From Candidatus Kapaibacterium sp. (GTDB taxonomy: Bacteria; Bacteroidota; Ignavibacteria; Kapaibacteriales; Kapaibacteriaceae), in contig JBJTEQ010000250.1 of the NCBI GenBank assembly GCA_046092945.1, forward strand, positions 1 to 42,108: a stretch of 42,108 bases of DNA, in the 5' to 3' direction. The position numbers were made by a program, and so were the translations under genes. Shown piece after piece: positions 15,829 through 25,399 of the stretch. The notes below the pieces were generated by a model, which was not told the DNA's origin, did no database searches, and worked only from the letters and a program-made list of their open reading frames with translations. Positions within the stretch are counted from its first letter, which is position 1, and every line of letters begins with the position of its first letter.

Positions 15829-17993
15829 GGTTGTGTTTCGTCAGTTGGAGAATCTGAGATCTCTTCGCGTGCCGGATTCGCTATATCGATGTCAGTGGCC
15901 TGATCTGTTGAATCCGAGATTATTGCAAATGATCGCTGACGATACGTGTTGGCCGGATTGGCGTAGACTTTCTGCATGAGTCGTCCGAAGATCGGAGCGG
16001 CTGCACGTCCGCCCTGACCGTAATCACCGGTGAACTTTATTCGCTGGTCATCAAACCCAACCCATATACCACAGACAAGCTGCGGCGTCATACCAACAAA
16101 CCACGCATCGGCAAAGTCGTTTGTTGTTCCGGTCTTGCCGGCCGCTTCACCGGTAAAGAACCGACGAATGCTCGAAGCTGTTCCGCCGTCAACAACCCCG
16201 CGCATCATCGAGATCATTGACTCTGCTACCTGCGGTGAACAGGCCTCGCTGATTGAGCGTCGGGACTGTTTGTCTTCATACAGCACATTACCCATGCGGT
16301 CTTCGATGCGAGTGATGAACGTCGTCGATGTATGCATTCCCTGGTTGATAAAACATCCATAGGCGGATGTGATCTCAATGGGCGACACCTCAAGGGAACC
16401 GAGTGCGATCGACGGGACGGCCTGCATCGGTGATGTGATGCCCATCTTGCGGGCTAGTTCGATGACGTTCTGCGGAGTGGTGTAGCCAGGCAATGTGACG
16501 AGGCGGGCAGCGACGGTATTCGTCGAAAACTTCAATGCGGTGCGCAGAGGGATTGCACCACCGCCCTTGCGTGAACCACCCGGTGCCCACACCGTACCAT
16601 CCTCGAGTGTGAAGCTAAAGGGTCCGCTCTCAATGAGTGATTCTGGTGTGAGCTCCGGCTGCTGCTCGAGCGCGCTTGCATAGACAAATGGCTTGAATGA
16701 TGAGCCGGGCTGACGCCGGATCTGCGTAACGTGGTTGAGCGAGTAGCGGGCAGCGGAATTCAATCGCATGCTCTGCGGCGAAGCGCCCACCATACCAACG
16801 ATCTTTCCAGACCGTGGATCGATAACCACAAGTCCTGTCTGAATGGTCGTTGCAATGCGCTTGACGCTGTCGATGAACTGCGGGCTCTGCCGAAGACGTC
16901 GGGCGATTTCCGGCCGACGGTCACTCGCAGCACCGATGTACGAAGCATGACGTCGGATTGCACGTTCAACAAAGTCGCTCTGCAGGGAGCCCCTTCCTCG
17001 CCATATCCACGATGCATCAAACTGCCGCTGAAAATCGGCAAGGTGTTCGCCGACGGCATCATTGGCAGCTTTCTGCACACGGGAATCCAACGTCGTGTGA
17101 ATCACTAAACCGTCGCGATACACATCATGTCCCTCAAGAGCTCGGCTAAGTTCTTCGTTGGTTGAGAGCTGCTGACGGATCATTTCTACGAAGTGCGGGG
17201 CAATGCCGCGAAACACTGTAGCGATCGCCGGTTTGCGAAGGCCTTCGGAGGTGGCCTCTGCCCATCGCGCTTGGGTGAGAAAGCCCTGCTCGAGCATCAT
17301 GCCAAGAATGAGATTGCGACGTTCAATACCCAACGAGTCGTCGGAGCCGTACTTCTCCGGTGCTTTGAACAATCCGACCAGGTAGGCGCATTCGGCTGTT
17401 GTGAGCTTCATCGGTTCTTTGTTGAAGTACGAATGTGCTGCAACGCGCAGACCATATGCACCGCGTCCGTAGTACACCGTATTGGCGTACATCTCCAGGA
17501 TCTCATTCTTTGTGTAGGCCCGTTCGACCTGCAGCGCCGTCCACGCCTCGCGAATCTTTCGTGTTACCGTCTGCTCTCTCGTGAAGTAGAGATTGCGCGC
17601 TAGCTGCTGTGTGATCGTTGAAGCCCCTTCCTTTGTGCGCATGGCAAAGACATTCTTGACCGCTGCTTTGAAGATGCGAGTCAGATGTACTCCCCAGTGA
17701 TCATAGTAAGCACGGTCCTCCGTGGCGATCAGGGCATGAAGGAAGGCCGGTGGAATCGAGTCGTAGGAAAGATTTGTGCGGCGCGTCGTGGCATAGAGAT
17801 CAAGCATTACACCATCGGCACTGTAGACCTGTGTGGCAAGCTCCTGTGGCGGATTCTCGAGTTGCTCGAGTGTGGGCAGGCCGCTACTGAGTCCGTACCA
17901 GATTGTTCCGATAACCCCGAGTGTTATGACAACGAGGCCGATGCCAGCGATGCGGGCTACGCGAGAGGGTGTGATAAACGAGAGTACGGACAT
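15825..17993 (-). CDS. mrcA: Class A penicillin-binding protein (PBP1A; glycosyltransferase + transpeptidase)
   Basis: GT51 motifs EDRAYYDHWGV, GASTITQQLARN, RKIREA. Transpeptidase motifs SSFKP, SxN-like region, KTGTTND. N-terminal TM anchor. Confidence 0.9.
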   Translation of the reverse strand: MSVLSFITPSRVARIAGIGLVVITLGVIGTIWYGLSSGLPTLEQLENPPQELATQVYSADGVMLDLYATTRRTNLSYDSIPPAFLHALIATEDRAYYDHWGVHLTRIFKAAVKNVFAMRTKEGASTITQQLARNLYFTREQTVTRKIREAWTALQVERAYTKNEILEMYANTVYYGRGAYGLRVAAHSYFNKEPMKLTTAECAYLVGLFKAPEKYGSDDSLGIERRNLILGMMLEQGFLTQARWAEATSEGLRKPAIATVFRGIAPHFVEMIRQQLSTNEELSRALEGHDVYRDGLVIHTTLDSRVQKAANDAVGEHLADFQRQFDASWIWRGRGSLQSDFVERAIRRHASYIGAASDRRPEIARRLRQSPQFIDSVKRIATTIQTGLVVIDPRSGKIVGMVGASPQSMRLNSAARYSLNHVTQIRRQPGSSFKPFVYASALEQQPELTPESLIESGPFSFTLEDGTVWAPGGSRKGGGAIPLRTALKFSTNTVAARLVTLPGYTTPQNVIELARKMGITSPMQAVPSIALGSLEVSPIEITSAYGCFINQGMHTSTTFITRIEDRMGNVLYEDKQSRRSISEACSPQVAESMISMMRGVVDGGTASSIRRFFTGEAAGKTGTTNDFADAWFVGMTPQLVCGIWVGFDDQRIKFTGDYGQGGRAAAPIFGRLMQKVYANPANTYRQRSFAIISDSTDQATDIDIANPAREEISDSPTDETQP

Positions 17994-17997
17994 AGGA

Positions 17998-19641
17998 TCA
18001 TTGCACCTTGATCAGTTCTACGCGACGGCATCGTTTACGCCAGGTTTCGGTCGACTCACCTTGCCGACGTTCAAGGAGGTCGCGTTCACCGCGGGTGCGA
18101 CCTTCGAACAGCTCGCGCGGCAAGCCTCCTTCAACCAGGCGGTCAATAATAAACTCTACCCGCTTTCGGCCCAGTTCAAGGTTATCGGCATCGGTGTCCA
18201 CCTCGTCGGTGTGCCCGGTGAGAATGATCTTGCGGATCGTTCCACCACTGGACTTGACGTTGGCAACGAGATCCTGCACATCGCGCGTCCAGGAACGCTC
18301 AAGTTCCGTGCCATTGGAGTCGAGAGCGTTTGGATAGGGATTATCAAACACGGACGTTGGAAAATTCACACGAAGGACAAATGTCGATGACAAGCCAAGG
18401 GGCTTCGTGGATTCGACAACACGATTGCGTTCGCTGGCAGGAACCACCGTGACAATGTTGTCGAAAAACAGATCGCGATCCTGAGCCGTGATCTCGACCT
18501 GACGTTCTACGGGGACTCGGAGACTGTAGGAGCCTGATGCGTCGGTGCGTGCGCGCGAGAGAACCTCGGTTGACTGTGGCAGACGCGCGATCACCTCGGC
18601 GTCCATGACCGGATTCTGTGTTGTTGTATTGATGACCTTGCCGGTATACGTTGCGTCGCCGGCAGCGAAGGGATCCTCTGCAGTGGCAATCACCGGAGGG
18701 GCCGACACCGATGTTCGATGCAGCACCCACACATCAAAGTCGCGTCGCGATGCATCACGTCCGGCTGATCGTGTCGAGGCAACGTAGAACGTCGAATCCG
18801 GCATCATGAATGGGAATATCTCGTCGGCAGAAGAATTGATCGGCGTGCCGGCATTGGTGACCGAAACAACGCGCAGCGAGTCGGCTTCTTGTACCACTTG
18901 CGCCTCGTGAATATCGTACCCGCCATGCGAGGTGTGTCCGGCCGAGCTGAACAGCAGCCGTCCTTGTGGCGTCCACGATGGCGAGAGCTCGTCACAGGGA
19001 GTGTTTGCCCCATGAAGGGGGCGAGCAGTGCCAACGCGCGCACCGCTATAGGGGGCATACCAGAGATCTGCTCCACCCTGAGTTCCTGCGCGGTCTGATG
19101 CGAACACGATCCAGCGTCCGTCTGCCGACGGTGCAGGATGCCCATCCCAAGCTACCGCTTCATCGATAAGCGTAGCGGAGTCGATGTGAACGTCGGAACT
19201 GGAGGCATCTGCTTTGTGAATCGAGGCATCACCCATGATGCGTCCATCCAGCTGGATTGTCGTCAGAAATGGCAGTGCTGTCGAGATGGTGTCAGAGGCG
19301 CGCGACTTGCGGACGTGCGAAGCATCCAGGATGTCGAACCCTGCATGTCGTCCGTCGCGTGATGTTTGTCCGAGAAGGACGACGGCTGTTTTTGCAGAAA
19401 GAGGCTGCAGTGCGTACTCCTGTGCCGGTGTGCTGGCACCCTGAACGCGTTGCATCGACCACGCAGAGAAACCCGGCGACGTTGGGCGAGACATGTCAAG
19501 GGCGCGCAATGGGGCCGGCAGTGCCGAACAGCTCGGTGGCGGGGCAGGCGGGGGAGCCGGCTCGGCGTGTCGGTTATATCGAGGCAGCAGGCTGCATGAA
19601 CTTACCGCAAGGCATACTCCCACAAGCAGGCAATTACGCAA
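17998..19641 (-). CDS. PD40 (TolB-like beta-propeller repeat) / carboxypeptidase-regulatory-like / OmpA-domain outer-membrane lipoprotein
   Basis: Repeats such as PSADGRWIVFASDRAGTQGGADLWYA and SWTPQGRLLFSS. A CarboxypepD_reg-like segment (GKVINTTTQNPVMDAEVIA...TDASGSYSLRV). A C-terminal OmpA-like domain (ILTGHTDEVDTDADNLELGRKRVEFI...RRVELIKV). The start is ambiguous. TTG 19641 (MRNCLLVGVCLAVSSC, 2 nt after the aat stop) is preferred. ATG 19695 would overlap aat by 62 nt. Confidence 0.75.
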   Translation of the reverse strand: MRNCLLVGVCLAVSSCSLLPRYNRHAEPAPPPAPPPSCSALPAPLRALDMSRPTSPGFSAWSMQRVQGASTPAQEYALQPLSAKTAVVLLGQTSRDGRHAGFDILDASHVRKSRASDTISTALPFLTTIQLDGRIMGDASIHKADASSSDVHIDSATLIDEAVAWDGHPAPSADGRWIVFASDRAGTQGGADLWYAPYSGARVGTARPLHGANTPCDELSPSWTPQGRLLFSSAGHTSHGGYDIHEAQVVQEADSLRVVSVTNAGTPINSSADEIFPFMMPDSTFYVASTRSAGRDASRRDFDVWVLHRTSVSAPPVIATAEDPFAAGDATYTGKVINTTTQNPVMDAEVIARLPQSTEVLSRARTDASGSYSLRVPVERQVEITAQDRDLFFDNIVTVVPASERNRVVESTKPLGLSSTFVLRVNFPTSVFDNPYPNALDSNGTELERSWTRDVQDLVANVKSSGGTIRKIILTGHTDEVDTDADNLELGRKRVEFIIDRLVEGGLPRELFEGRTRGERDLLERRQGESTETWRKRCRRVELIKVQ

Positions 19642-20209
19642 ACGAAACGTTCGTGCGAGCCAGTGCCTCTTGGAGTCTGTCAATGTATTCGACATCAGGG
19701 ATCTCAATTGCCCCGAGCGAAGCCGTAAAATCATTGATGTACTGCGTATCCAGCAGTGCAAAGTGTGTATCGATCAGGTGATCCACCAGCCGTGCGAAGG
19801 CCACTTTCGAAGCGTTGGATCGGAGCGAGAACATCGACTCACCAAAGAACGCCGCGTTGATCGCCACGCCGTAGAGTCCTCCAACAAGCTCATCGCCGAT
19901 CCACGTTTCCACACTGTGAGCAAAGCCCATTGTGTGCAGTTCGGTGTACGCGTCGATGATCTCCTGGGTGATCCACGTCTGGTCGCGCTGGGAACACCGT
20001 AATATAACCGTAGAAAAGTCCTCGTTGATGGTGGTGCGCAGGAGCCCCTTTTCCAGCTCTTTCCGGACGGATTTCGGTATCCGGACCGCGTCGAGAGGTA
20101 TAATTGCCCGAAGCTCCGGCCGATGCCAGTAAACATCGCCGTCGCGCTCTTCTCCCATGGGGAAGAATCCCCGCTGGTAGCCCATCAGGATAATGTCAGG
20201 GTCGAGCAT
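19634..20209 (-). CDS. aat: Leucyl/phenylalanyl-tRNA--protein transferase
   Basis: GYQRGFFPM, WHRPELRAIIPLD, WITQEIIDAYTELH, GFAHSVETW, LVGGLYGVAINAAFFGESMFS, ASKVAF. Start trimmed to ATG 20209, 2 nt after the trmB stop. Confidence 0.9.
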   Translation of the reverse strand: MLDPDIILMGYQRGFFPMGEERDGDVYWHRPELRAIIPLDAVRIPKSVRKELEKGLLRTTINEDFSTVILRCSQRDQTWITQEIIDAYTELHTMGFAHSVETWIGDELVGGLYGVAINAAFFGESMFSLRSNASKVAFARLVDHLIDTHFALLDTQYINDFTASLGAIEIPDVEYIDRLQEALARTNVSFA

Positions 20210-20211
20210 TG

Positions 20212-20913
20212 TCAGGGTCGGCGAATAGCACTGTAGCGAACGTAGGGAATGCCCTTGGCATCGCAGAAGAGCTGCTGATCGGTCCGAAATCCAAATGGCC
20301 ACGTAGCGTCATCTTCCAGCGGGCCAAGCTCGAAAAGGGGCGAGGCATCGATCACTTCGCGCTGGTAGACGTCCACGTCCGGCCGGTCGGTGGCCAGCCA
20401 GAGGCGTCCGCCGGGCTTGAGCACCCGGTGTAGAACGCTGAGGAAGTCTGCCGTGAAGGCCCGACGCTTATGGTGGCGCTTCTTCGGCCAGGGATCGGGA
20501 AAGAGATACACGGCATAGTCTACCGATTCCGGCTCTATCCAGTCCAACCCATTTGCCAGCGTATACCATTCGGCGTGGGCATTTCCGAGCTGCTCGCCCC
20601 TTGCCACTTCGTTGATATAGTCGGCCAGCACACTGCGTACCTCGATTCCGAGAATGTTGAGCTGCGGGAACGTTAAAGCGTGGTGCAGAAGGAACGCACC
20701 ACGCCCGCATCCGAGGTCCAGCACGTTTGCCGGGGCCCCATTGGTGAACCATTCGTCCCATTGCGCCTTCTCCCTTGTGGGTGGGTACCAGGAGGCGATA
20801 ACATGCTGCTGGGAGGCCGGCATGTAGAGCTGGGGATTGGCATGATGCCGCACGCGCGGTATCGGGTATCGGGCCCAGTCGATGCCGGGCGATTCGGTTT
20901 GACGTCGATCCAT
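20212..20913 (-). CDS. trmB: tRNA (guanine46-N7)-methyltransferase
   Basis: SAM motif VLDLGCGRGAFLL, GIEVR, and the signature FPDPWPKKRHHKRR. Start chosen at ATG 20913. ATG 20823 is possible. The ORF-track start 21102 would overlap secD. Confidence 0.85.
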   Translation of the reverse strand: MDRRQTESPGIDWARYPIPRVRHHANPQLYMPASQQHVIASWYPPTREKAQWDEWFTNGAPANVLDLGCGRGAFLLHHALTFPQLNILGIEVRSVLADYINEVARGEQLGNAHAEWYTLANGLDWIEPESVDYAVYLFPDPWPKKRHHKRRAFTADFLSVLHRVLKPGGRLWLATDRPDVDVYQREVIDASPLFELGPLEDDATWPFGFRTDQQLFCDAKGIPYVRYSAIRRP

Positions 20914-20921
20914 AGGTGCTA

Positions 20922-20929
20922 CAAATCTA
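20922..20929 (-). promoter_or_regulatory. Candidate Bacteroidetes-type -7 box (TAGATTTG on the minus strand) upstream of trmB
   Basis: The plus strand reads caaatcta at 20922..20929, an exact TAnnTTTG on the minus strand. It ends 8 nt before the ATG at 20913, implying a near-leaderless mRNA or use of the downstream ATG 20823. Confidence 0.3.
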
Positions 20930-21019
20930 CCATTACGTATATTCGCCGTTCTTCCGACCCCCTGAGAGGGGGTGGGCGGACTTTGCCGATAGTTGCCGAA
21001 CGTTTGACGTGGAGGACTC

Positions 21020-23080
21020 TTGAGTTCGAAAAATCTGGGCAAATGGTTGCTCATCGTGTTGCCGCTGGCAGCAGCATTCCTGTTGCTGTGGCCGACGATC
21101 AATTATTCTCTGCTCTCGTCGGAGCGTGCCGAGCTCGAGGCCGACTCATCCCGCGCGGGACGTGAAGCCCTTGTCCGTTGGGATGCCGACAACAAGGAAG
21201 CTTTTGAAAGCGCCCGTAACGGACGCCTGAAGCTGGGTCTTGACCTTCGTGGTGGTGCGTATCTCACGCTGGAAGTGGACGTTCTGAAGCTGATCGAATC
21301 ATCTGCGGATGCTTCGGCGGTGGACGACGACTTCCGTGCCATCATCGAAGAAACACGCAAGGCAACGGACAACAGCGATCTGGATGTCCTGACGGTGTTC
21401 CTCGAAAAGTTCCGCGCTCGTGGCAAGAAGCTCATCAACTACTTCCCGGCTTCCGAGCTCACGGAGCAGGCTGTTGAGGATAAGCTGCGTCGCGATGCGA
21501 ACGGCTCGGTTGACCAGGCTATGGAAGTGCTTTCACAGCGTATCAACAAATACGGTGTGTCGGAAGTCAGCATCCAGAAGCAGGGCGCTCGCCGCCTCGT
21601 GATCGAGCTTCCGGATGAAAAGGATACGCTCCAGATGCGCGAACTCCTCCAGCAGACGGCTCGTCTGGAATTCAAGCGCGTAATGACGGACCGCAACCTG
21701 GTGAAGGCATTCTATGCCATCGACCAAGCATATCGCAATTACAAGTCCGGTGTTGTTGCACCAGCTGCCGTCGATACAGCAGTAGGAGACTCCGCAAAGA
21801 CGGCCGTTGCCGCAGACACCACGAAAAAGACAGACACAGCTAAAGTGGCTGCAGACACCTCGAAGGGTCCGAAGGATCCATACAAGGGGCTTAGTGATGA
21901 CGAGAAGGCCCGCCGGATCAAGTCAGAATTTCCATTCAGCTACATGATCTTCGGTGCTGTTGCTGCCAACGAACAATCAGCTCCGCAGTCTTTCGACATG
22001 GTTGGCCTGAAGATCAACGGAATTACTCCTGAGCAGCTCCCGGAAGCGGGCATCTTCAGCTTTCGCATTGCAGCCGAAAAGCTTCAGGAGTTCCTGAAGA
22101 TCCTGAGCATTCCCCAGGTTCGTGCCGCTATGCCAGGTGACGTTGACATTCTCGTCTCCGCAAATGGTCAAGCCAGCAAGCCAGGTGTTCAGCCGGAAGC
22201 CTACGACATCTATGGTGTGGCCCGCGATGCAGATCTGATGGGCGACGTGATCGAAGACGCCTACCCGAGCTTCGACAACTCAAATCAGCCGATCGTACTG
22301 ATGAACATGAACGCCGAAGGCGCTGAAGAATGGGGTCGCGTGACCGGTGCAAACATCGGCAAGCGTATCGCCGTTGTTCTTGACGACCGCGTATGGTCAG
22401 CCCCGACGGTGCAGAACAAGATCCCGAACGGATCTTCGCAGATCACGGGCTCGTTTAAGCCGGAAGACGCTATGCGTCTGGCCGTTGTTCTCAAGGCAGG
22501 TGCTCTGAAGGCTCCGGTCAAGATCATCGAAGAGCGCGTTGTTGGTCCGTCGCTCGGTGAAGACTCGATCCGCCGCGGACTTACCAGTACCGGCATTTCT
22601 TTTGCACTTATCATCCTGTTCATGATGGCCTACTACGCCATTGGCGGTGCAATTGCCGACGTTGCACTCCTGATGAACATCCTGCTGACGGTTGCCGGTC
22701 TGGCGGCCTTCGGCGGCACCATGACGCTTCCCGGTATTGCCGGTCTTATCCTTTCGACGGCCATGGCGGTGGATGCTAACATCCTGATCTTCGAACGTAT
22801 ACGCGAAGAACTCTACGCCGGCAAGTCCCTGAAGAGTGCTGTGGAACTGGGCTTTAGTCGCGCCTGGAGCGCCATTCTTGACTCGAACCTTACCAACATC
22901 GCCGGCGCTATTCCGCTGATGGTCTGGGGCTCCGGACCGATCAAGGGATTCGCCATTACGCTTCTCGTGGGTGCGATCATCACACTGTTCACGGCCGTTG
23001 TTGTTACGCGCGCCATGTTCCAGCTGCTGATTGCCGGTGGCGCCACGACCCTGAACATTGGACAGAAGAGGACGGCCTAA
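21020..23080 (+). CDS. secD: Protein translocase subunit SecD (long periplasmic-domain form)
   Basis: LGLDLRGGAYLTLEVD, RINKYGVSEVSIQKQGARRLVIELP, ARLEFKRV, EERVVGPSLGEDSI, then six TM segments. TTG start preceded by GGAGGA. Confidence 0.9.
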   Translation: MSSKNLGKWLLIVLPLAAAFLLLWPTINYSLLSSERAELEADSSRAGREALVRWDADNKEAFESARNGRLKLGLDLRGGAYLTLEVDVLKLIESSADASAVDDDFRAIIEETRKATDNSDLDVLTVFLEKFRARGKKLINYFPASELTEQAVEDKLRRDANGSVDQAMEVLSQRINKYGVSEVSIQKQGARRLVIELPDEKDTLQMRELLQQTARLEFKRVMTDRNLVKAFYAIDQAYRNYKSGVVAPAAVDTAVGDSAKTAVAADTTKKTDTAKVAADTSKGPKDPYKGLSDDEKARRIKSEFPFSYMIFGAVAANEQSAPQSFDMVGLKINGITPEQLPEAGIFSFRIAAEKLQEFLKILSIPQVRAAMPGDVDILVSANGQASKPGVQPEAYDIYGVARDADLMGDVIEDAYPSFDNSNQPIVLMNMNAEGAEEWGRVTGANIGKRIAVVLDDRVWSAPTVQNKIPNGSSQITGSFKPEDAMRLAVVLKAGALKAPVKIIEERVVGPSLGEDSIRRGLTSTGISFALIILFMMAYYAIGGAIADVALLMNILLTVAGLAAFGGTMTLPGIAGLILSTAMAVDANILIFERIREELYAGKSLKSAVELGFSRAWSAILDSNLTNIAGAIPLMVWGSGPIKGFAITLLVGAIITLFTAVVVTRAMFQLLIAGGATTLNIGQKRTA

Positions 23081-23081
23081 C

Positions 23082-24059
23082 ATGGATCTGATTAAAAAGA
23101 CCAACATTGACTTTGTCACCAACCGCAACTTCTTTCTGCGGTTGTCCATCATGGCCAGCATCATTGGCCTTGTGGTTGTTCTGCTGCCACAGCTCGGTCT
23201 CGGCCTCCCGAAGCTGATCGAGCCGGGCATCGACTTTACGGGCGGTACACAGACGACGGTGTCGTTTGCCAACACAGCCACGACGGCCGAGCAAGTGCGC
23301 GGCGCACTCGCCACGGCCGGCTATACCAGTGCTGAGATCAAGTCGTTCGGTAAGGATGGAGACTTCCTTATCCGCATCAATGACTTCAAGGATGAAGCAT
23401 CGAAGGTCTCGGCTGACCTCGTCCAGAAGCTCAACACGGCTTTCTCAAAGAATGGCGAGAAGGCAGTAATCCTTCTCGGTGCTGATAACGTGGGTGCCAA
23501 GGTTTCCGCGGAGCTGGCAACTGATGCTATCGTATCGCTTATCATCGCTACGGTCATCATCCTTCTCTACGTGGCATTCCGCTTTGAATTCATGTATGGT
23601 GTTTCGGCCATCGTTGCACTTGCCCATGACGTTACGATGGCATTTGTGATCTCGGTTCTGATCAACAAGCTCGGCATCTTGAATCTCGAGCTCTCGATCA
23701 ACTCACTTGCTGCGTACCTCACGATCCTTGGTTATTCGATCAACGACAAAGTGGTGGTGTTCGATCGTATTCGCGAGAACCGCGAGAAGCACCGTGGAAT
23801 GCCCCTTGCCGAACTCGTAAATCACTCGCTCAACGAAACACTCAGCCGTACACTCATCACCGGTATCTCGGTGCTTGCAGCTCTTCTGGTGATGGTGTTC
23901 CTCGGCGGTGATGTGCTCGAAGGCTTTGCCTTCACGATGTTCATCGGGATCGTTGTCGGTACGTACTCTTCGATCTATGTTGCCTCGTCATTCCTGATCT
24001 GGTATACCGAGCGCGTTAAGCACAAGAACGTCGGCACCGTCGTTCACACCGAAGCCTGA
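23082..24059 (+). CDS. secF: Protein translocase subunit SecF
   Basis: MDLIKKTNIDFVTNRNFFL, GIDFTGGT, GYSINDKVVVFDRIREN. ATG lies 1 nt after the secD stop. Confidence 0.9.
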   Translation: MDLIKKTNIDFVTNRNFFLRLSIMASIIGLVVVLLPQLGLGLPKLIEPGIDFTGGTQTTVSFANTATTAEQVRGALATAGYTSAEIKSFGKDGDFLIRINDFKDEASKVSADLVQKLNTAFSKNGEKAVILLGADNVGAKVSAELATDAIVSLIIATVIILLYVAFRFEFMYGVSAIVALAHDVTMAFVISVLINKLGILNLELSINSLAAYLTILGYSINDKVVVFDRIRENREKHRGMPLAELVNHSLNETLSRTLITGISVLAALLVMVFLGGDVLEGFAFTMFIGIVVGTYSSIYVASSFLIWYTERVKHKNVGTVVHTEA

Positions 24060-24062
24060 TAG

Positions 24063-25340
<1,278 letters not shown>

Positions 25341-25399
25341 AACCCACGTTTTTCTCACGGAAAACACAAGCGTTTTGGTATGTTTCCGGCGATGTGCCC

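Noticed and set aside
20950-20975. Small GC hairpin (ACCCCC-TGAGA-GGGGGT) in the trmB/secD divergent region as a possible riboswitch or attenuator
   Set aside because: It is a 6-bp stem only, in a 106-bp spacer, with no flanking conserved structure I can recognise. It is noted but not callable.
22397-23314. 305-aa minus-strand ORF spanning the secD/secF junction
   Set aside because: It is antisense to two unmistakable genes (secD, secF). The sequence is Arg/Gly/Asn-rich and low in complexity, with no recognisable domain.
25341-25385. Possible purA terminator (GTTTT...AAAAC hairpin)
   Set aside because: It has only a 5-bp A/T-rich stem with an 8-nt loop, which is too weak to call.
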